DNA from: Lytechinus pictus
Lineage: Eukaryota
DNA: 64,000 nt
Assembly (NCBI RefSeq): GCF_037042905.1
Contig: NC_087252.1
Coordinates: 21,330,001-21,394,000, forward strand
Direction: 5' to 3'
In this document: positions 63,754 through 64,000 of the stretch, piece by piece
How positions within the stretch are numbered: the stretch's first letter is position 1
How the letters are laid out: every line of letters begins with the position of its first letter
The notes under the pieces: model-generated
What the model was told of the DNA's origin: nothing
Seen by the model: the letters and a program-made list of their open reading frames with translations, nothing else
Databases searched by the model: none
Program-made: the position numbers and the translations under genes

Positions 63754-63867
63754 CAGTGGCGGACCGTTACCCGGAGGAGACAAAGCATTGGAGGGGCACA
63801 GCATTGTTCACAAACAATACAGTGCCCCTCCAATCAATTGTCTCCTCCGGGTCACGGTCCGCCACTG
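63754..63867. mobile_element. 114-bp hairpin hAT-like MITE
   Basis: CAGTGGCGGACCGT.ACCCGGAGGAGACAA arms; exact 8-bp TSD GGGTTAAG at 63746-63753 and 63868-63875; sits in a loose GGGGTTAAG repeat array (about 63535-63895). Confidence 0.9.
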
Positions 63868-64000
63868 GGGTTAAGAATTGTATGGGGTTAAGGAAATGCA
63901 GTGTGAAAAGCATATTGGAGACGCAAATAAACTAAACTGAGGCTGAAGAAGTCTGGTATTGCACTAATTACTCTCTGGGTTACTTTGCCCAGCTTAACTC

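Overview
AT-rich, repeat-dense eukaryotic DNA, mostly intergenic or intronic. The style (poly-G tracts, many MITE families, tRNA-SINEs) suggests a marine invertebrate such as a sea urchin; this is inference, not something the sequence proves. No protein-coding gene can be recognised with confidence, and nearly all supplied ORFs are microsatellite, low-complexity or repeat artefacts. The window holds more than 20 non-autonomous DNA transposons. Most have readable terminal inverted repeats (TIRs) and target-site duplications (TSDs) of 2, 3, 4 (TTAA), 6, 7 or 8 bp, and several are nested. It also has an L2/CR1-type LINE 3' end, a tRNA-headed SINE family whose tail resembles that LINE, long trinucleotide repeats, and a weakly supported spliced minus-strand transcript (about 63.1-53.6 kb). 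The most notable observation is a ~185-bp SINE-like element at 59577-59760 (minus strand; decayed second copy at about 19.35-19.53 kb). Its head is a 7SL/Alu-domain-like sequence with the folding potential retained, followed by a Pol III B-box, a Deu-like middle and a (CA)n tail. It is a candidate 7SL-derived SINE outside the vertebrate lineages where such SINEs are established.
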